The notes beneath the pieces were generated by a model. That model did not search any database. It saw only the letters and a program-made list of their open reading frames with translations, and was not told the origin of the DNA. Both the position numbers and the translations under genes were made by a program. Shown here piece by piece: positions 9,536 through 18,438 of a DNA stretch of 56,436 bases. Position 1 is the stretch's first letter. Every line of letters starts with the position of its first letter. The DNA comes from a candidate division WOR-3 bacterium (lineage in GTDB: Bacteria; Hydrothermota; Tepidihabitantia; SM23-42): NCBI GenBank assembly GCA_020341755.1, contig CP070834.1, positions 1-56,436 of the forward strand. The letters are read 5' to 3'.

Positions 9536-10201
9536 TCAATCCTGTAAAACGGGATATCCTACCGACTGGGCAAGGATTATTTTCTGATCGGTCTTCAGCG
9601 CCAATTTCTCGGCGAGCATGTCGCGATCCACAAGCCCGCGCACGACCGTAGCCAGTCCCTCTGATGCACAGAAAAGATACACGTTCTGGCTGATAAAACC
9701 GGCATCGGCTGCCGAGTAGAATGTTTTCTGATCCTCTGCCGCACCATGCATACGAGAAAAATCGGCAATATACACGAGATTGACCGGTACCTTCGCCACG
9801 AAAGACTGCGAACCCGTACAGGACCGTATATCCTCGGCAAGTATCGGCACCAGCACATGTTCGGCGGCATCGTAGAAATAGCAGCCCCTTTCCAGGCAGA
9901 CATAGATATCTATTTCCTGCCAGTTCCGCGCCGACGGAGCCGTACGTTTGCCAGACTCTGACCGGTTCACGCCAAAGGCTGCCCAGAGCAAGTTTGACAA
10001 TACCTGGTCTGATAACGTGTCCTCACGGAACGATCTCGTCGATCTTCGTTCGTTCAACACCTCCATCAATGGTCTGCCGCCCGTGTTCTCGGGTGCTGGA
10101 AGATAGAGTGTGTCCAGGTCCGTTGAGGTAAGCATCATGGGTACTGCCAATCCCCATATGCATAATACCCCGAGCCGTACCAAACAAGTTCTAGAGTTCA
10201 T
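9536..10201 (-). CDS. Nitroreductase-family (SagB-type) oxidoreductase with N-terminal signal/TM segment
   Basis: RRSTRSF ... LLWAAFGVNR motifs typical of the nitroreductase fold. Confidence 0.75.
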   Translation of the reverse strand: MNSRTCLVRLGVLCIWGLAVPMMLTSTDLDTLYLPAPENTGGRPLMEVLNERRSTRSFREDTLSDQVLSNLLWAAFGVNRSESGKRTAPSARNWQEIDIYVCLERGCYFYDAAEHVLVPILAEDIRSCTGSQSFVAKVPVNLVYIADFSRMHGAAEDQKTFYSAADAGFISQNVYLFCASEGLATVVRGLVDRDMLAEKLALKTDQKIILAQSVGYPVLQD

Positions 10202-10233
10202 TGTGTTCCTCCTTGTGTCCGCTACCGTAATGC

Positions 10234-10698
10234 TTACAGCTTACGGTGAACGATATATGCCGCTGTATTTTTGTAGACGGTCTGCTCAAGCAGCGACCAT
10301 CCTCCGGCAGTATAGAACGGAATATGCCGGTGGTTCAGCGTGTACAGGTATAATCGATCGAGACCGAGCTTTTGTGCTTGTTCGATGCCCCTATCCACCA
10401 ACACCCTTCCGACTCCCTGGACTCGACAGTGTGCACACACGTACAACGATGCAAGCCACGGTGAATACTGAGGCCTGGTATCCATATCGTGTATTTTTAG
10501 ACTCACCGTGCCTATAACCTGACTCTTATCGAGTGCCACGAGGGCCAGTGGCAGAACGGTTTTGTGTGTTCGAGCCCTGAACCGGTCCTCGATATCCTGG
10601 ACCGTCAATTCAGGATAGAACCATCCCCATTCACGATGAAACCACTTCGCGATCGCGGATATCTGGTCTTGATGATCTTTCAAGAAACCTATTTCCAT
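10234..10698 (-). CDS. GNAT-family N-acetyltransferase
   Basis: VQGVGRVLVDRGIEQAQKLG acetyl-CoA binding motif, ~150 aa. Confidence 0.8.
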   Translation of the reverse strand: MEIGFLKDHQDQISAIAKWFHREWGWFYPELTVQDIEDRFRARTHKTVLPLALVALDKSQVIGTVSLKIHDMDTRPQYSPWLASLYVCAHCRVQGVGRVLVDRGIEQAQKLGLDRLYLYTLNHRHIPFYTAGGWSLLEQTVYKNTAAYIVHRKL

Positions 10699-10720
10699 AG
10701 TATTGAGTTACTGTTAACAG

Positions 10721-10748
10721 ATTGTATGCACTCGCGTATAGGTGTCAA
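10721..10748 (-). promoter_or_regulatory. Sigma70-type promoter for GNAT/nitroreductase operon
   Basis: Minus strand reads TTGACA (10748-10743), 16 nt, TACAAT (10726-10721). Confidence 0.65.
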
Positions 10749-10783
10749 CCGGACACTATGATGTCTGCACATACATTCGACCC

Positions 10784-10811
10784 TTGACAATGTCCGCTGC
10801 GTCATTATAAT
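10784..10811 (+). promoter_or_regulatory. Perfect consensus sigma70 promoter driving an unannotated ~130-nt RNA / leader
   Basis: TTGACA 10784-10789, 16 nt, TATAAT 10806-10811. Divergent from the GNAT promoter. Confidence 0.7.
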
Positions 10812-10817
10812 GCAGGG

Positions 10818-10949
10818 TCATGAATAGAACAGAAAATCGTTATTCAGTGTCAAACGTTATTGTGATCCTCAACGAGGGCCGAATGCCGCCCTGGTAAACA
10901 GGTTTGTACAGGCAAAGGCCCATCATGATAATGATGGGTCTTTTTTTTT
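10818..10949 (+). ncRNA. Candidate small RNA or riboswitch-like leader (family not recognised)
   Basis: Bounded by the consensus promoter and an intrinsic terminator. Contains hairpin TGAATA(10821-26)/TATTCA(10841-46). Also contains mutually exclusive pairings AGGGC(10875-79):GCCCT(10888-92) versus GGGCC(10876-80):GGCCC(10917-21), the latter invading the terminator stem. Confidence 0.45.
10919..10949 (+). terminator. Rho-independent terminator
   Basis: CCCATCAT-GATA-ATGATGGG stem-loop followed by TC and a T9 run (10941-10949). Confidence 0.8.
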
Positions 10950-10979
10950 ACCCACCCATACGGTGGAAAGGAGAATACT

Positions 10980-11150
10980 ATGAAAGATCAAACGTGGGAC
11001 GACCGGTTCACTGCCGAGGGTATACCCATGACCGCTCCGACTAACGCGGGCATGACAGGATCCCAGGTCTGGCAGTATGAACATCAAAAATGGAAAGACG
11101 GTCGCGATCGAAACAAAACCGAACCGCAGATGGCATGCCGTTCGTCTTAA
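10980..11150 (+). CDS. Small hypothetical protein, 56 aa (MKDQTWDDRFTAEGIPMTAPTNAG...)
   Basis: Below the ORF-track length cutoff. GGAAAGGAG SD lies 7 nt upstream of ATG 10980. My own translation ends at TAA 11148-11150. No family recognised. Confidence 0.45.
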   Translation: MKDQTWDDRFTAEGIPMTAPTNAGMTGSQVWQYEHQKWKDGRDRNKTEPQMACRSS

Positions 11151-11232
11151 GGACGATAGGTGCTACTATATGGTCACGACCTTCTCGATGAGGGCTGCCA
11201 GCGGGTATTGTGTGCATCTGGGATGCAGCAGA

Positions 11233-12849
11233 TTACAGTCCCATTGCCCGCTGTATCAATACGACCGGTATTGAACCGAAGCTGAGCAGTTCATCATGGA
11301 AGTCTCTCAGCCTGAATGCTGTGCCCGCCTTCTTTTGGTATGCGCTGCGCAGCGCCAGGATCTGTTTCTTGCCAATCACATAACTCAACGGTTGAGTGGG
11401 GCTGAGCGTGTACCTGGTAACCTCTTTTTCCGCATGCACAGGTTCTACCAGTGCATCCCGCACCAGGAAATCAACTGCCTGCTGATAGCTCATGGTCCTG
11501 GTATGCAGCCCGACGTCTATGAGCACCCGGCAGGCTCGCCATAATTCTGCTAACCATTTCATGAACACGATCCTCGGATCAGTGTAGTAACCGGCCTCAT
11601 ACATCATCTCCTCACAGTATAATGCCCACCCCTCCACGAACACCGTCGTCCGTAGCAGTTTGCGCAGCATGCTCCCTGCCCGGCTGGCATGGGTCAGCTG
11701 AAGATGATGTCCCGGGTATCCTTCATGTAGTGCGATGATCGGTATCTTATATTTGCTATGCCCCTGTAATTGTTTTTCTTTCTGCTCGTCGGTCAGTCTT
11801 CTGCCGATTGGTGTAACGTAGAAAAATCCCACCTGCTCCTCTTCCAGAGGCGCGACCGGCATATATGCCGCAAATGGCAGCAAGGATCTCTGGAACAGGG
11901 GTGTCGGTACGACCCGCAGGGTCTCATTCGGAGGTATGGCAACGAGCTTCTGGTCCTTCACGAACCTTTTGACCTTTTTCATCTCACGCCGGTACGCCGT
12001 GGTGAGCTGCCCCTGCTCAGGATGCTGTTTCTTGAGATCTGCGGCAACCGCCTTCCATGATTTCTTCTTATGTATGGTGCGGGCGAGTTGCTTTAACTCG
12101 CGCTGTGCGTTTCTCTTCGCAGCTTTGCCGATGTCGGCGATATCATGCATCCCATACGGAAGCATGTGATCGTTCTTCAGCATGAAATCGAAAAGACGCG
12201 CTCCGATCGCGAAACCGCGCCTTTGCGTTCTTATCTTTGTACTCAAGAATTGTGCGTAGCCGTCAAACGCCGAGAGCAGTTTCGGCCGTATTCTATCCAG
12301 GTCTTTACCGATACACGGCACCGTGCTGGCGATCCGTGTGATCATGTGCTGGGAGAAATGCACAGCACTGCCTGTCTGCTCCAGCGCTACTCGTGTGAAT
12401 ACGGCGGGTGATTCTTCAAGACTATGCTGTGCCGTCCGCAGCAAACCGGGTATTTTTTTCGCTCTCTGCAAAAAGGCTTCTGCCCGTTGCTCGACGGGTG
12501 CGTAATCGCGGTACAACAGTGTGTACAAACCGTGCATACACAGCCTGATGTACCGGACAGGATTTGTCTGCCATGGTCGGAGTGCCTCTTCGGTTCGGAT
12601 GTCACTCTGTAGGGCACCCACTATGAGCTGCAGATCAATGTGCTCATCATCCGTCAGGGTTTCCTGTGCGATATCCTGGAGTTGCCGCAAGAAATCCTTG
12701 CGCTGACCGTGCCTTTCCAGTATTGAATCAAGATCGACAGTGTCCAATTCATGATCATAGAGGTGACAGCCAACGTGGGTTGCCTGGACGGGTGAACTCC
12801 TCAATATGAATTTTACGATTTTATCGGCAAGGTGTTTGAATGTTTTCAA
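11233..12849 (-). CDS. DUF885-family protein (putative metallopeptidase-like)
   Basis: HEGYPGHHLQ motif and the ~540 aa length characteristic of DUF885. Confidence 0.75.
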   Translation of the reverse strand: MKTFKHLADKIVKFILRSSPVQATHVGCHLYDHELDTVDLDSILERHGQRKDFLRQLQDIAQETLTDDEHIDLQLIVGALQSDIRTEEALRPWQTNPVRYIRLCMHGLYTLLYRDYAPVEQRAEAFLQRAKKIPGLLRTAQHSLEESPAVFTRVALEQTGSAVHFSQHMITRIASTVPCIGKDLDRIRPKLLSAFDGYAQFLSTKIRTQRRGFAIGARLFDFMLKNDHMLPYGMHDIADIGKAAKRNAQRELKQLARTIHKKKSWKAVAADLKKQHPEQGQLTTAYRREMKKVKRFVKDQKLVAIPPNETLRVVPTPLFQRSLLPFAAYMPVAPLEEEQVGFFYVTPIGRRLTDEQKEKQLQGHSKYKIPIIALHEGYPGHHLQLTHASRAGSMLRKLLRTTVFVEGWALYCEEMMYEAGYYTDPRIVFMKWLAELWRACRVLIDVGLHTRTMSYQQAVDFLVRDALVEPVHAEKEVTRYTLSPTQPLSYVIGKKQILALRSAYQKKAGTAFRLRDFHDELLSFGSIPVVLIQRAMGL

Positions 12850-12866
12850 TCAGGACCTGCCGTTCA

Positions 12867-13703
12867 TCACGGGACATCTTTTGGGGGACCCAGGGCATCG
12901 AGTTCGCGAAGTTGTTCCGGTGTCAACCCTTCGGGCTCATACCCGGCACGGCGGCAGATAAAGAAGATCTCCGCGGCTTTTTCAGCGCAAGCGATGATAT
13001 CGAATGCTTCATGCACATCACGCCCCCATGCTACACAACCGTGTTTTTCCCAAATAATCAATGGCTGGTCGGTGAAGACTCTTTGGGTAGCGCACGCTAA
13101 CTCCTGCGTGCCCGGACATGTGTAGGGCACATACCCGATGCCGGTCGGTGCCACAATCTTCATTTCCGGATACATAGACCACAACAGTTTATTGAGGGGT
13201 TCAGGTGTGGTATAGCGGGCTATCTGGGTCAATGCCACCAGATGCGGAGGATGTACATGTACTACGGCCCGCGCATCCAGGGACTGCTGTACGAAAACTG
13301 CATGCATGCCAAGATGTGCACCGATTTCCGAGGTTACACGGCTCTCCTCGCCTCCCCGGAGTATATAATATTCCTCTCCTGAGGCGGCAATGCAGATAAG
13401 AAGCAGGGCTTCATCCGGACGATGGGCGAGTTCCCGGAATCGTGCTCCGTGAGCAGTGACAAAGAAGTACCGATGCGCAAGGACACCAAAGGCATGATCC
13501 AGAGATGTCTTCCTGTATTCTTGAAGGCGGTCAGGTTCATTGATTAAAAGTCGGGTCACGTCAACCGAGATATTGCCGGCACTGCTTTCTGCCCACCCGC
13601 GTTCCCAGAGACAGTATGCGGTTTCTGCAATCGCATCTGCTTCGTTGCGCAGGGCGGTACTCAGACTGAACCGCTTTGAATCACTGTCAGGCACCCGATG
13701 CAT
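12867..13703 (-). CDS. Class II aldolase/adducin-family protein
   Basis: GNISV and VVHVHPPH metal-binding His motifs. Confidence 0.75.
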   Translation of the reverse strand: MHRVPDSDSKRFSLSTALRNEADAIAETAYCLWERGWAESSAGNISVDVTRLLINEPDRLQEYRKTSLDHAFGVLAHRYFFVTAHGARFRELAHRPDEALLLICIAASGEEYYILRGGEESRVTSEIGAHLGMHAVFVQQSLDARAVVHVHPPHLVALTQIARYTTPEPLNKLLWSMYPEMKIVAPTGIGYVPYTCPGTQELACATQRVFTDQPLIIWEKHGCVAWGRDVHEAFDIIACAEKAAEIFFICRRAGYEPEGLTPEQLRELDALGPPKDVP

Positions 13704-13734
13704 ATCAGAGACCTACTTGTCCACCGTCATCGTA

Positions 13735-14562
13735 TCAGCCCTTTTCTGGTCCCAGAATACCGTAAACGCATGATTCGTATTCGATCCTCTCGCCTCGGTA
13801 CATACGCAGAGACGGTTGCGTATACAGAAATCCATTACCCAGCATGACATCGACTGCGCGGCGTGCGACACCAGGAACACCGACTACGACCCGTTCATGC
13901 GCGGCGCGACTGAGCAACCGACGCACGAGCTCATCAGCATAGGTGTCATCTTCAGCGACGAGGGGTCCTATCATAGAGAACCCGCCCTCTCGCTGCCTGA
14001 TCAGACCGTAACCGCGTATTCCCTCATCATATACCGCACAGATACCTTCAGAATATTCCTGCAACAATCGATATAGCACGGCACTGCGCTCTATGCCGGT
14101 TTTCGCCAGGTCGAATCTCACTATCTCCGGTATATCCACCGGAGGGAACGGTGCTGCAGCACTATTCCGGTGCTCGTCGATACTCATACGGTACGACAGA
14201 TACTTATCTTTGAATCCCAGTTTCCGGTACATCAGTACTGCAGCGATTACACCATCGAGTTCAATGGTCGTGATATTTTTTTTATCGAGATATTGGATCG
14301 CAGTTTGCATAAGCATGCGACCAACGTCTCGACCTCGTGCTTCCCGTTTCACGATCAAGCAGCCGATGAATGCATGCGTACCGTACGATGCGGTGCACAC
14401 CATGCCAACGCGTACTCCCTCACGACGTGCAATAAAACATCCCTCAGGATCGAGTGCCACGAGCCTTTGGAAATCAACATCATAAAATCCCCAGCCTTCA
14501 GCAGTACTGAGATCCGCAGCAAAGCGCACATCATTATCGGTCATACATTCCACCCCGATCAT
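13735..14562 (-). CDS. Two-domain GNAT acetyltransferase (YitH-like)
   Basis: GCLIVKREARGRDVGRMLMQ acetyl-CoA motif plus a C-terminal GNAT-like extension. The start may be ATG 14544, which has a better SD. Confidence 0.7.
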   Translation of the reverse strand: MIGVECMTDNDVRFAADLSTAEGWGFYDVDFQRLVALDPEGCFIARREGVRVGMVCTASYGTHAFIGCLIVKREARGRDVGRMLMQTAIQYLDKKNITTIELDGVIAAVLMYRKLGFKDKYLSYRMSIDEHRNSAAAPFPPVDIPEIVRFDLAKTGIERSAVLYRLLQEYSEGICAVYDEGIRGYGLIRQREGGFSMIGPLVAEDDTYADELVRRLLSRAAHERVVVGVPGVARRAVDVMLGNGFLYTQPSLRMYRGERIEYESCVYGILGPEKG

Positions 14563-14706
14563 TACTCACGCCCCGTCAACACAGTCAATGTCATACTATA
14601 GAAATATTGAAGAACTGCCCCGCCACGTCGTGGTTTTCTTTTAAACTGTTTGTGTAAGATTTCACGCTCGCGGTACATGACATGGGGAGAGCAAGTGGCA
14701 AACCGG

Positions 14707-14922
14707 CTACTTCGACCGGCGCTTTGCCGGCTGCAGTATCATGACAAATCCGACCACGGACAGCAATCCACCCAGAATACCAATAATTATGAACGGCACA
14801 TCATTTTTCGGTGTTTGCGAATAATTTTCTATGTTGTAATCGTGGATGGCATTGGTCTGCCGAACACCCCAGATAAATAATATGATGCTCACGATAATAA
14901 TGATGAATCCCAGTATTTTCAT
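14707..14922 (-). CDS. Small two-TM membrane protein, 71 aa
   Basis: AAGGAGG lies 5 nt upstream of ATG 14922. Two hydrophobic helices flank a polar loop. Confidence 0.6.
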   Translation of the reverse strand: MKILGFIIIIVSIILFIWGVRQTNAIHDYNIENYSQTPKNDVPFIIIGILGGLLSVVGFVMILQPAKRRSK

Positions 14923-14993
14923 GCAACCTCCTTTGACCGGACATGATTATTCTATAATCGTGCGGTTGAAAGTCAAGGGCGGCGGCACACACC

Positions 14994-15021
14994 TTGACCT
15001 GCAGCACTTTATGGCTATAAT
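14994..15021 (+). promoter_or_regulatory. Sigma70-type promoter for tdh operon
   Basis: TTGACC 14994-14999, 16 nt, TATAAT 15016-15021. Confidence 0.6.
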
Positions 15022-15037
15022 AAAAGCTGGAACTCCT

Positions 15038-16093
15038 ATGGCGAAAATGAAAGCCGTGGTCAAAACTAAGCGTGCCCCAGGCGCAGAATTATGCGATATC
15101 GACATACCACGACCAGGACCGAATGAAATCCTGGTCAAGGTGCTTGCGACGTCGATCTGCGGCACGGACCTGCACATATTTCTATGGAACGAATGGGCAG
15201 ACCACCGCATTCACAGGATCCCCCAGATCATGGGACATGAAGTATGCGGTCAAGTACTCGATATCGGAGATCAGGTAAAACATATAAAAAAAGACGATAT
15301 AATCTCGGCAGAAACACATATTGCATGCGGTCATTGTTATCTCTGTCAGACCGGCAATGGTCATATTTGCATCAACGGCAGTATATTCGGGGTCGATATC
15401 GACGGTGTATTCGCTGAATACGCCGTGGTACCAGCCAATAATGCCTGGCTCATCGATGCGAACATTCCCCGGGATTACGGCTCTATAATGGAACCCCTGG
15501 GCAATGCCGTGCATACCACACTTGCCGGTAATATTGCGGCACAAACCGTACTCGTTACCGGCTGTGGTCCTATCGGCATCATGAGCATCGCGGTCGCACG
15601 GGCATGCGGAGCAACAACCATTATCGCCACCGAGATCAATGAGTTTCGCAAACAACTCGCCCGGCAGGCTGGTGCTGACCTGGTCCTCGACCCTACCGCC
15701 GACGATGTCGCCAAACAGATAAAACTGGCGACCGATGGCCTGGGCGTCGATGTCGTTATCGAGATGTCGGGTAATCCTTCGGCAATCCGACAGGGGCTGG
15801 ATGCGATACGACCGGGCGGTCGGTTTTCCATTCTCGGTATTCCTGACAAACCGCTCGAGATCGATTGGGGCCCGAACATCATCTTTAAATATATAACGGT
15901 GCAGGGTATTAACGGTCGACTCATGTTTTCAACATGGCATCAAACCGCCCGTCTTTTACGTTCGGGTAGACTCGACCTGGAACCGATAATCACCCATCGC
16001 TTCCGCCTCGAGGAATTCGAAAAAGGCATGGACCTCATGAAATCCGGGAACTGCGGCAAGATTTTGCTCTATCCTCATGAGAATGTACCTTGA
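15038..16093 (+). CDS. tdh: L-threonine 3-dehydrogenase (zinc-dependent MDR family)
   Basis: MKAVVKTKRAPG..., ICGTDLHIF, GHEVCG and the structural-zinc motif CGHCYLCQTGNGHIC. The start is 15038 or 15047. The track ORF's upstream extension from 14846 crosses the promoter and is rejected. Confidence 0.88.
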   Translation: MAKMKAVVKTKRAPGAELCDIDIPRPGPNEILVKVLATSICGTDLHIFLWNEWADHRIHRIPQIMGHEVCGQVLDIGDQVKHIKKDDIISAETHIACGHCYLCQTGNGHICINGSIFGVDIDGVFAEYAVVPANNAWLIDANIPRDYGSIMEPLGNAVHTTLAGNIAAQTVLVTGCGPIGIMSIAVARACGATTIIATEINEFRKQLARQAGADLVLDPTADDVAKQIKLATDGLGVDVVIEMSGNPSAIRQGLDAIRPGGRFSILGIPDKPLEIDWGPNIIFKYITVQGINGRLMFSTWHQTARLLRSGRLDLEPIITHRFRLEEFEKGMDLMKSGNCGKILLYPHENVP

Positions 16094-16099
16094 GCAGGT

Positions 16100-16447
16100 A
16101 TGATAAAAGGGATTGGAATCGATATTGTTGACCGCATCCGTTTTGAAAACGTGTCGGACCGACCGCGAATCTTTAAAGAATTATTCACAGAAAAAGAACT
16201 GCAGGAAGGCTATGCTTTTCATGATCCATCACACTGGGCCGGATGTTTTGCCCTAAAGGAGGCAGTCATGAAAGCCTTCTGTGTCGGGCTCCACATGGGA
16301 TCATACTGGCATGACATAGAAATTCTGCACGACGGGATCACGGTATCGGGGATATTCAATCCCTGCCGGGACAGGAAGGCGACCGTACGTGCGTCCCAGA
16401 CACGTTCAAGGCAGTATGCACTTGGCCTTGTGCTACTACAGGAGTGA
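16100..16447 (+). CDS. acpS: Holo-[acyl-carrier-protein] synthase (4'-phosphopantetheinyl transferase)
   Basis: MIKGIGIDIVDRIRF N-terminus, ~115 aa. Confidence 0.85.
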   Translation: MIKGIGIDIVDRIRFENVSDRPRIFKELFTEKELQEGYAFHDPSHWAGCFALKEAVMKAFCVGLHMGSYWHDIEILHDGITVSGIFNPCRDRKATVRASQTRSRQYALGLVLLQE

Positions 16448-16459
16448 AAGGAAAACATC

Positions 16460-18160
16460 ATGGGTAATATCGGCAATTATGACGAAAAATATTCCTCGTT
16501 TAGATGGAAAATGTCAGAACAAGAACTTTCCTACGGTAAAGACGGTATGTTCAACCTGGCGTATTACTGTTCAGATCTGATCTGTGAACGTGGTCACGGT
16601 GACAAACTCGCTTTCCTATGGCAGGGATTCAAGGGCGAAAAAAAAGAATATACCTATCATGACCTGTCGGTCGCTTCAAACACGATAGCACAGTATCTTG
16701 CCGGGCACGGCATGAAACCGCAGGACCGCGTATGCCTGTTCATGGATAAGATCCCTGAACTCTACATTTCCTTTCTCGGTGTACTCAAGATGGGCGGCAT
16801 TGTCCAGCCGCTGTTCTCCGCTTTTGGTGAGGATGCGCTTTTTACCCGGCTCGAGGATGCACAGACACGGGCGATCTTCACGACCATGAAACATGTCCGC
16901 AAAATTAGGCGGATCCGGGATAAACTTCCGGATCTCCAGTTTGTCTTTGTCGTCAATGCCGGCGATAAGAAATTAGAAAAAGGTGAGTATGCATTCTCTC
17001 TTGCCGGTATACCCCGGGTCGATACCTTCGACATCTACAAAGCAGACCCCGAAGCACCGTCGGTCCTGCATTACACCTCGGGAACGACGGGCAAGCCGAA
17101 AGGTGCCCAGCATGTCCATTCATCGATCATTGCACAACACGTCACCGCCCGGTGGGCACTCGACATCACACCGGATGATATCTACTGGTGCACTGCCGAT
17201 CCCGGATGGGTGACCGGGACATCGTACGGCATCATTGGTCCCTGGTCGAACGGCGTCACCCAGGTTATCCTGGATGCGGGCTTCAGTTCGGAGAAATGGT
17301 ACCAGTTCATACAGCAGCACAAGGTGACCGTGTGGTACACGGCACCCACCGCCATACGGCTGCTCATGAAAGACGGAACCTCCATGGTAGAGAAATTCGA
17401 CCTCTCATCGCTCAGGCATCTCATTAGTGTCGGTGAACCGTTAAACGCCGAAGCCGTTATCTGGTCAGAAAAGGCATTCGGTAAACCGTTCTATGATTCC
17501 TACTGGCAGACCGAGACCGGAGCCATCGTAATCACCAATTTCCCCGGGATGAAAGTGAAACCCGGTTCCATGGGGAAACCATTCCCGGGTATCACGGCAA
17601 CCGTGATCGATGAAAAGACCCTGGAACCGATCACCACGCCCGGACGGGTCGGTCTCATCGCCCTTAAACCCGGCTGGCCGTCGATGTTCAGAACCTACTG
17701 GAACAATAAGGAGATGTACGATAGTAAGTTCAAGAACAACTGGTACATATGTGGCGACCGGGCGAGTATCGATCAAGATGGATATTTCTGGTTCGTAGGA
17801 CGCGACGATGATGTGATCAATACCGGTGGCCACCTCGTCGGTCCCTTTGAAATCGAATCGGCGCTCCTTGAACACGAAGCCGTTGCCGAATCCGCAGCCG
17901 TGGGCAAGCCCGATCCGGTCAATATGGAGGTTGTGAAGGCATTCGTTGCGTTGAAATCCGGTTTTCAGCCGAGTGCCGATGTTGAGCTGAGCATCATGAA
18001 CTTTATCAGAAAGAAATTATCACCGCTTGCCATGCCCCAGGAGATCGAGTTCGTCGATTCATTGCCCAAGACGCGAAGCGGAAAGATCATGCGCCGTTTG
18101 CTCAGGGCAAAAGAATGGGGCGAAGAAATCGGTGACACATCAACATTGGAGAACGATTGA
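16460..18160 (+). CDS. acsA: Acetyl-CoA synthetase-type AMP-forming ligase (short AcsA type)
   Basis: LHYTSGTTGKPKG, YWCTADPGWVTG, WQTETG and SGKIMRRLLR motifs typical of Acs-family enzymes. Confidence 0.85.
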   Translation: MGNIGNYDEKYSSFRWKMSEQELSYGKDGMFNLAYYCSDLICERGHGDKLAFLWQGFKGEKKEYTYHDLSVASNTIAQYLAGHGMKPQDRVCLFMDKIPELYISFLGVLKMGGIVQPLFSAFGEDALFTRLEDAQTRAIFTTMKHVRKIRRIRDKLPDLQFVFVVNAGDKKLEKGEYAFSLAGIPRVDTFDIYKADPEAPSVLHYTSGTTGKPKGAQHVHSSIIAQHVTARWALDITPDDIYWCTADPGWVTGTSYGIIGPWSNGVTQVILDAGFSSEKWYQFIQQHKVTVWYTAPTAIRLLMKDGTSMVEKFDLSSLRHLISVGEPLNAEAVIWSEKAFGKPFYDSYWQTETGAIVITNFPGMKVKPGSMGKPFPGITATVIDEKTLEPITTPGRVGLIALKPGWPSMFRTYWNNKEMYDSKFKNNWYICGDRASIDQDGYFWFVGRDDDVINTGGHLVGPFEIESALLEHEAVAESAAVGKPDPVNMEVVKAFVALKSGFQPSADVELSIMNFIRKKLSPLAMPQEIEFVDSLPKTRSGKIMRRLLRAKEWGEEIGDTSTLEND

Positions 18161-18174
18161 TATAAGGAGGAACA

Positions 18175-18429
18175 ATGAGTGAAGATCTGAAGAAAACGAT
18201 TATCGATTATGTAAAGAAAGAATACCTCGAGGAAGACTCTGAAGAAGATGTCGACGAAAATACCCCGCTTATATCAAGTGGCATCGTTGACAGCTTCTCC
18301 ATGGTCTCTCTGAAGACCTTCCTCGAGAAAAAATTCGATATAAAGATCCCCGATGAGAAAGCTACAACCGAGGCATTCGATTCCGTGAATAACATCATTG
18401 CGCTCCTCACTGAATTTAAAGTGACCTGA
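18175..18429 (+). CDS. Stand-alone acyl/peptidyl carrier protein (acidic, 84 aa)
   Basis: GIVDSFSMVSL places the Ser at the expected phosphopantetheine attachment site. Acidic four-helix-sized protein. AGGAGG SD. Confidence 0.7.
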   Translation: MSEDLKKTIIDYVKKEYLEEDSEEDVDENTPLISSGIVDSFSMVSLKTFLEKKFDIKIPDEKATTEAFDSVNNIIALLTEFKVT

Positions 18430-18438
18430 GGGGGAGCG

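Noticed and set aside
14846-15037. N-terminal extension of tdh (415-aa track ORF) overlapping the divergent small membrane gene
   Set aside because: It runs across the tdh promoter (14994-15021). The Tdh homology starts at MKAVVKT.
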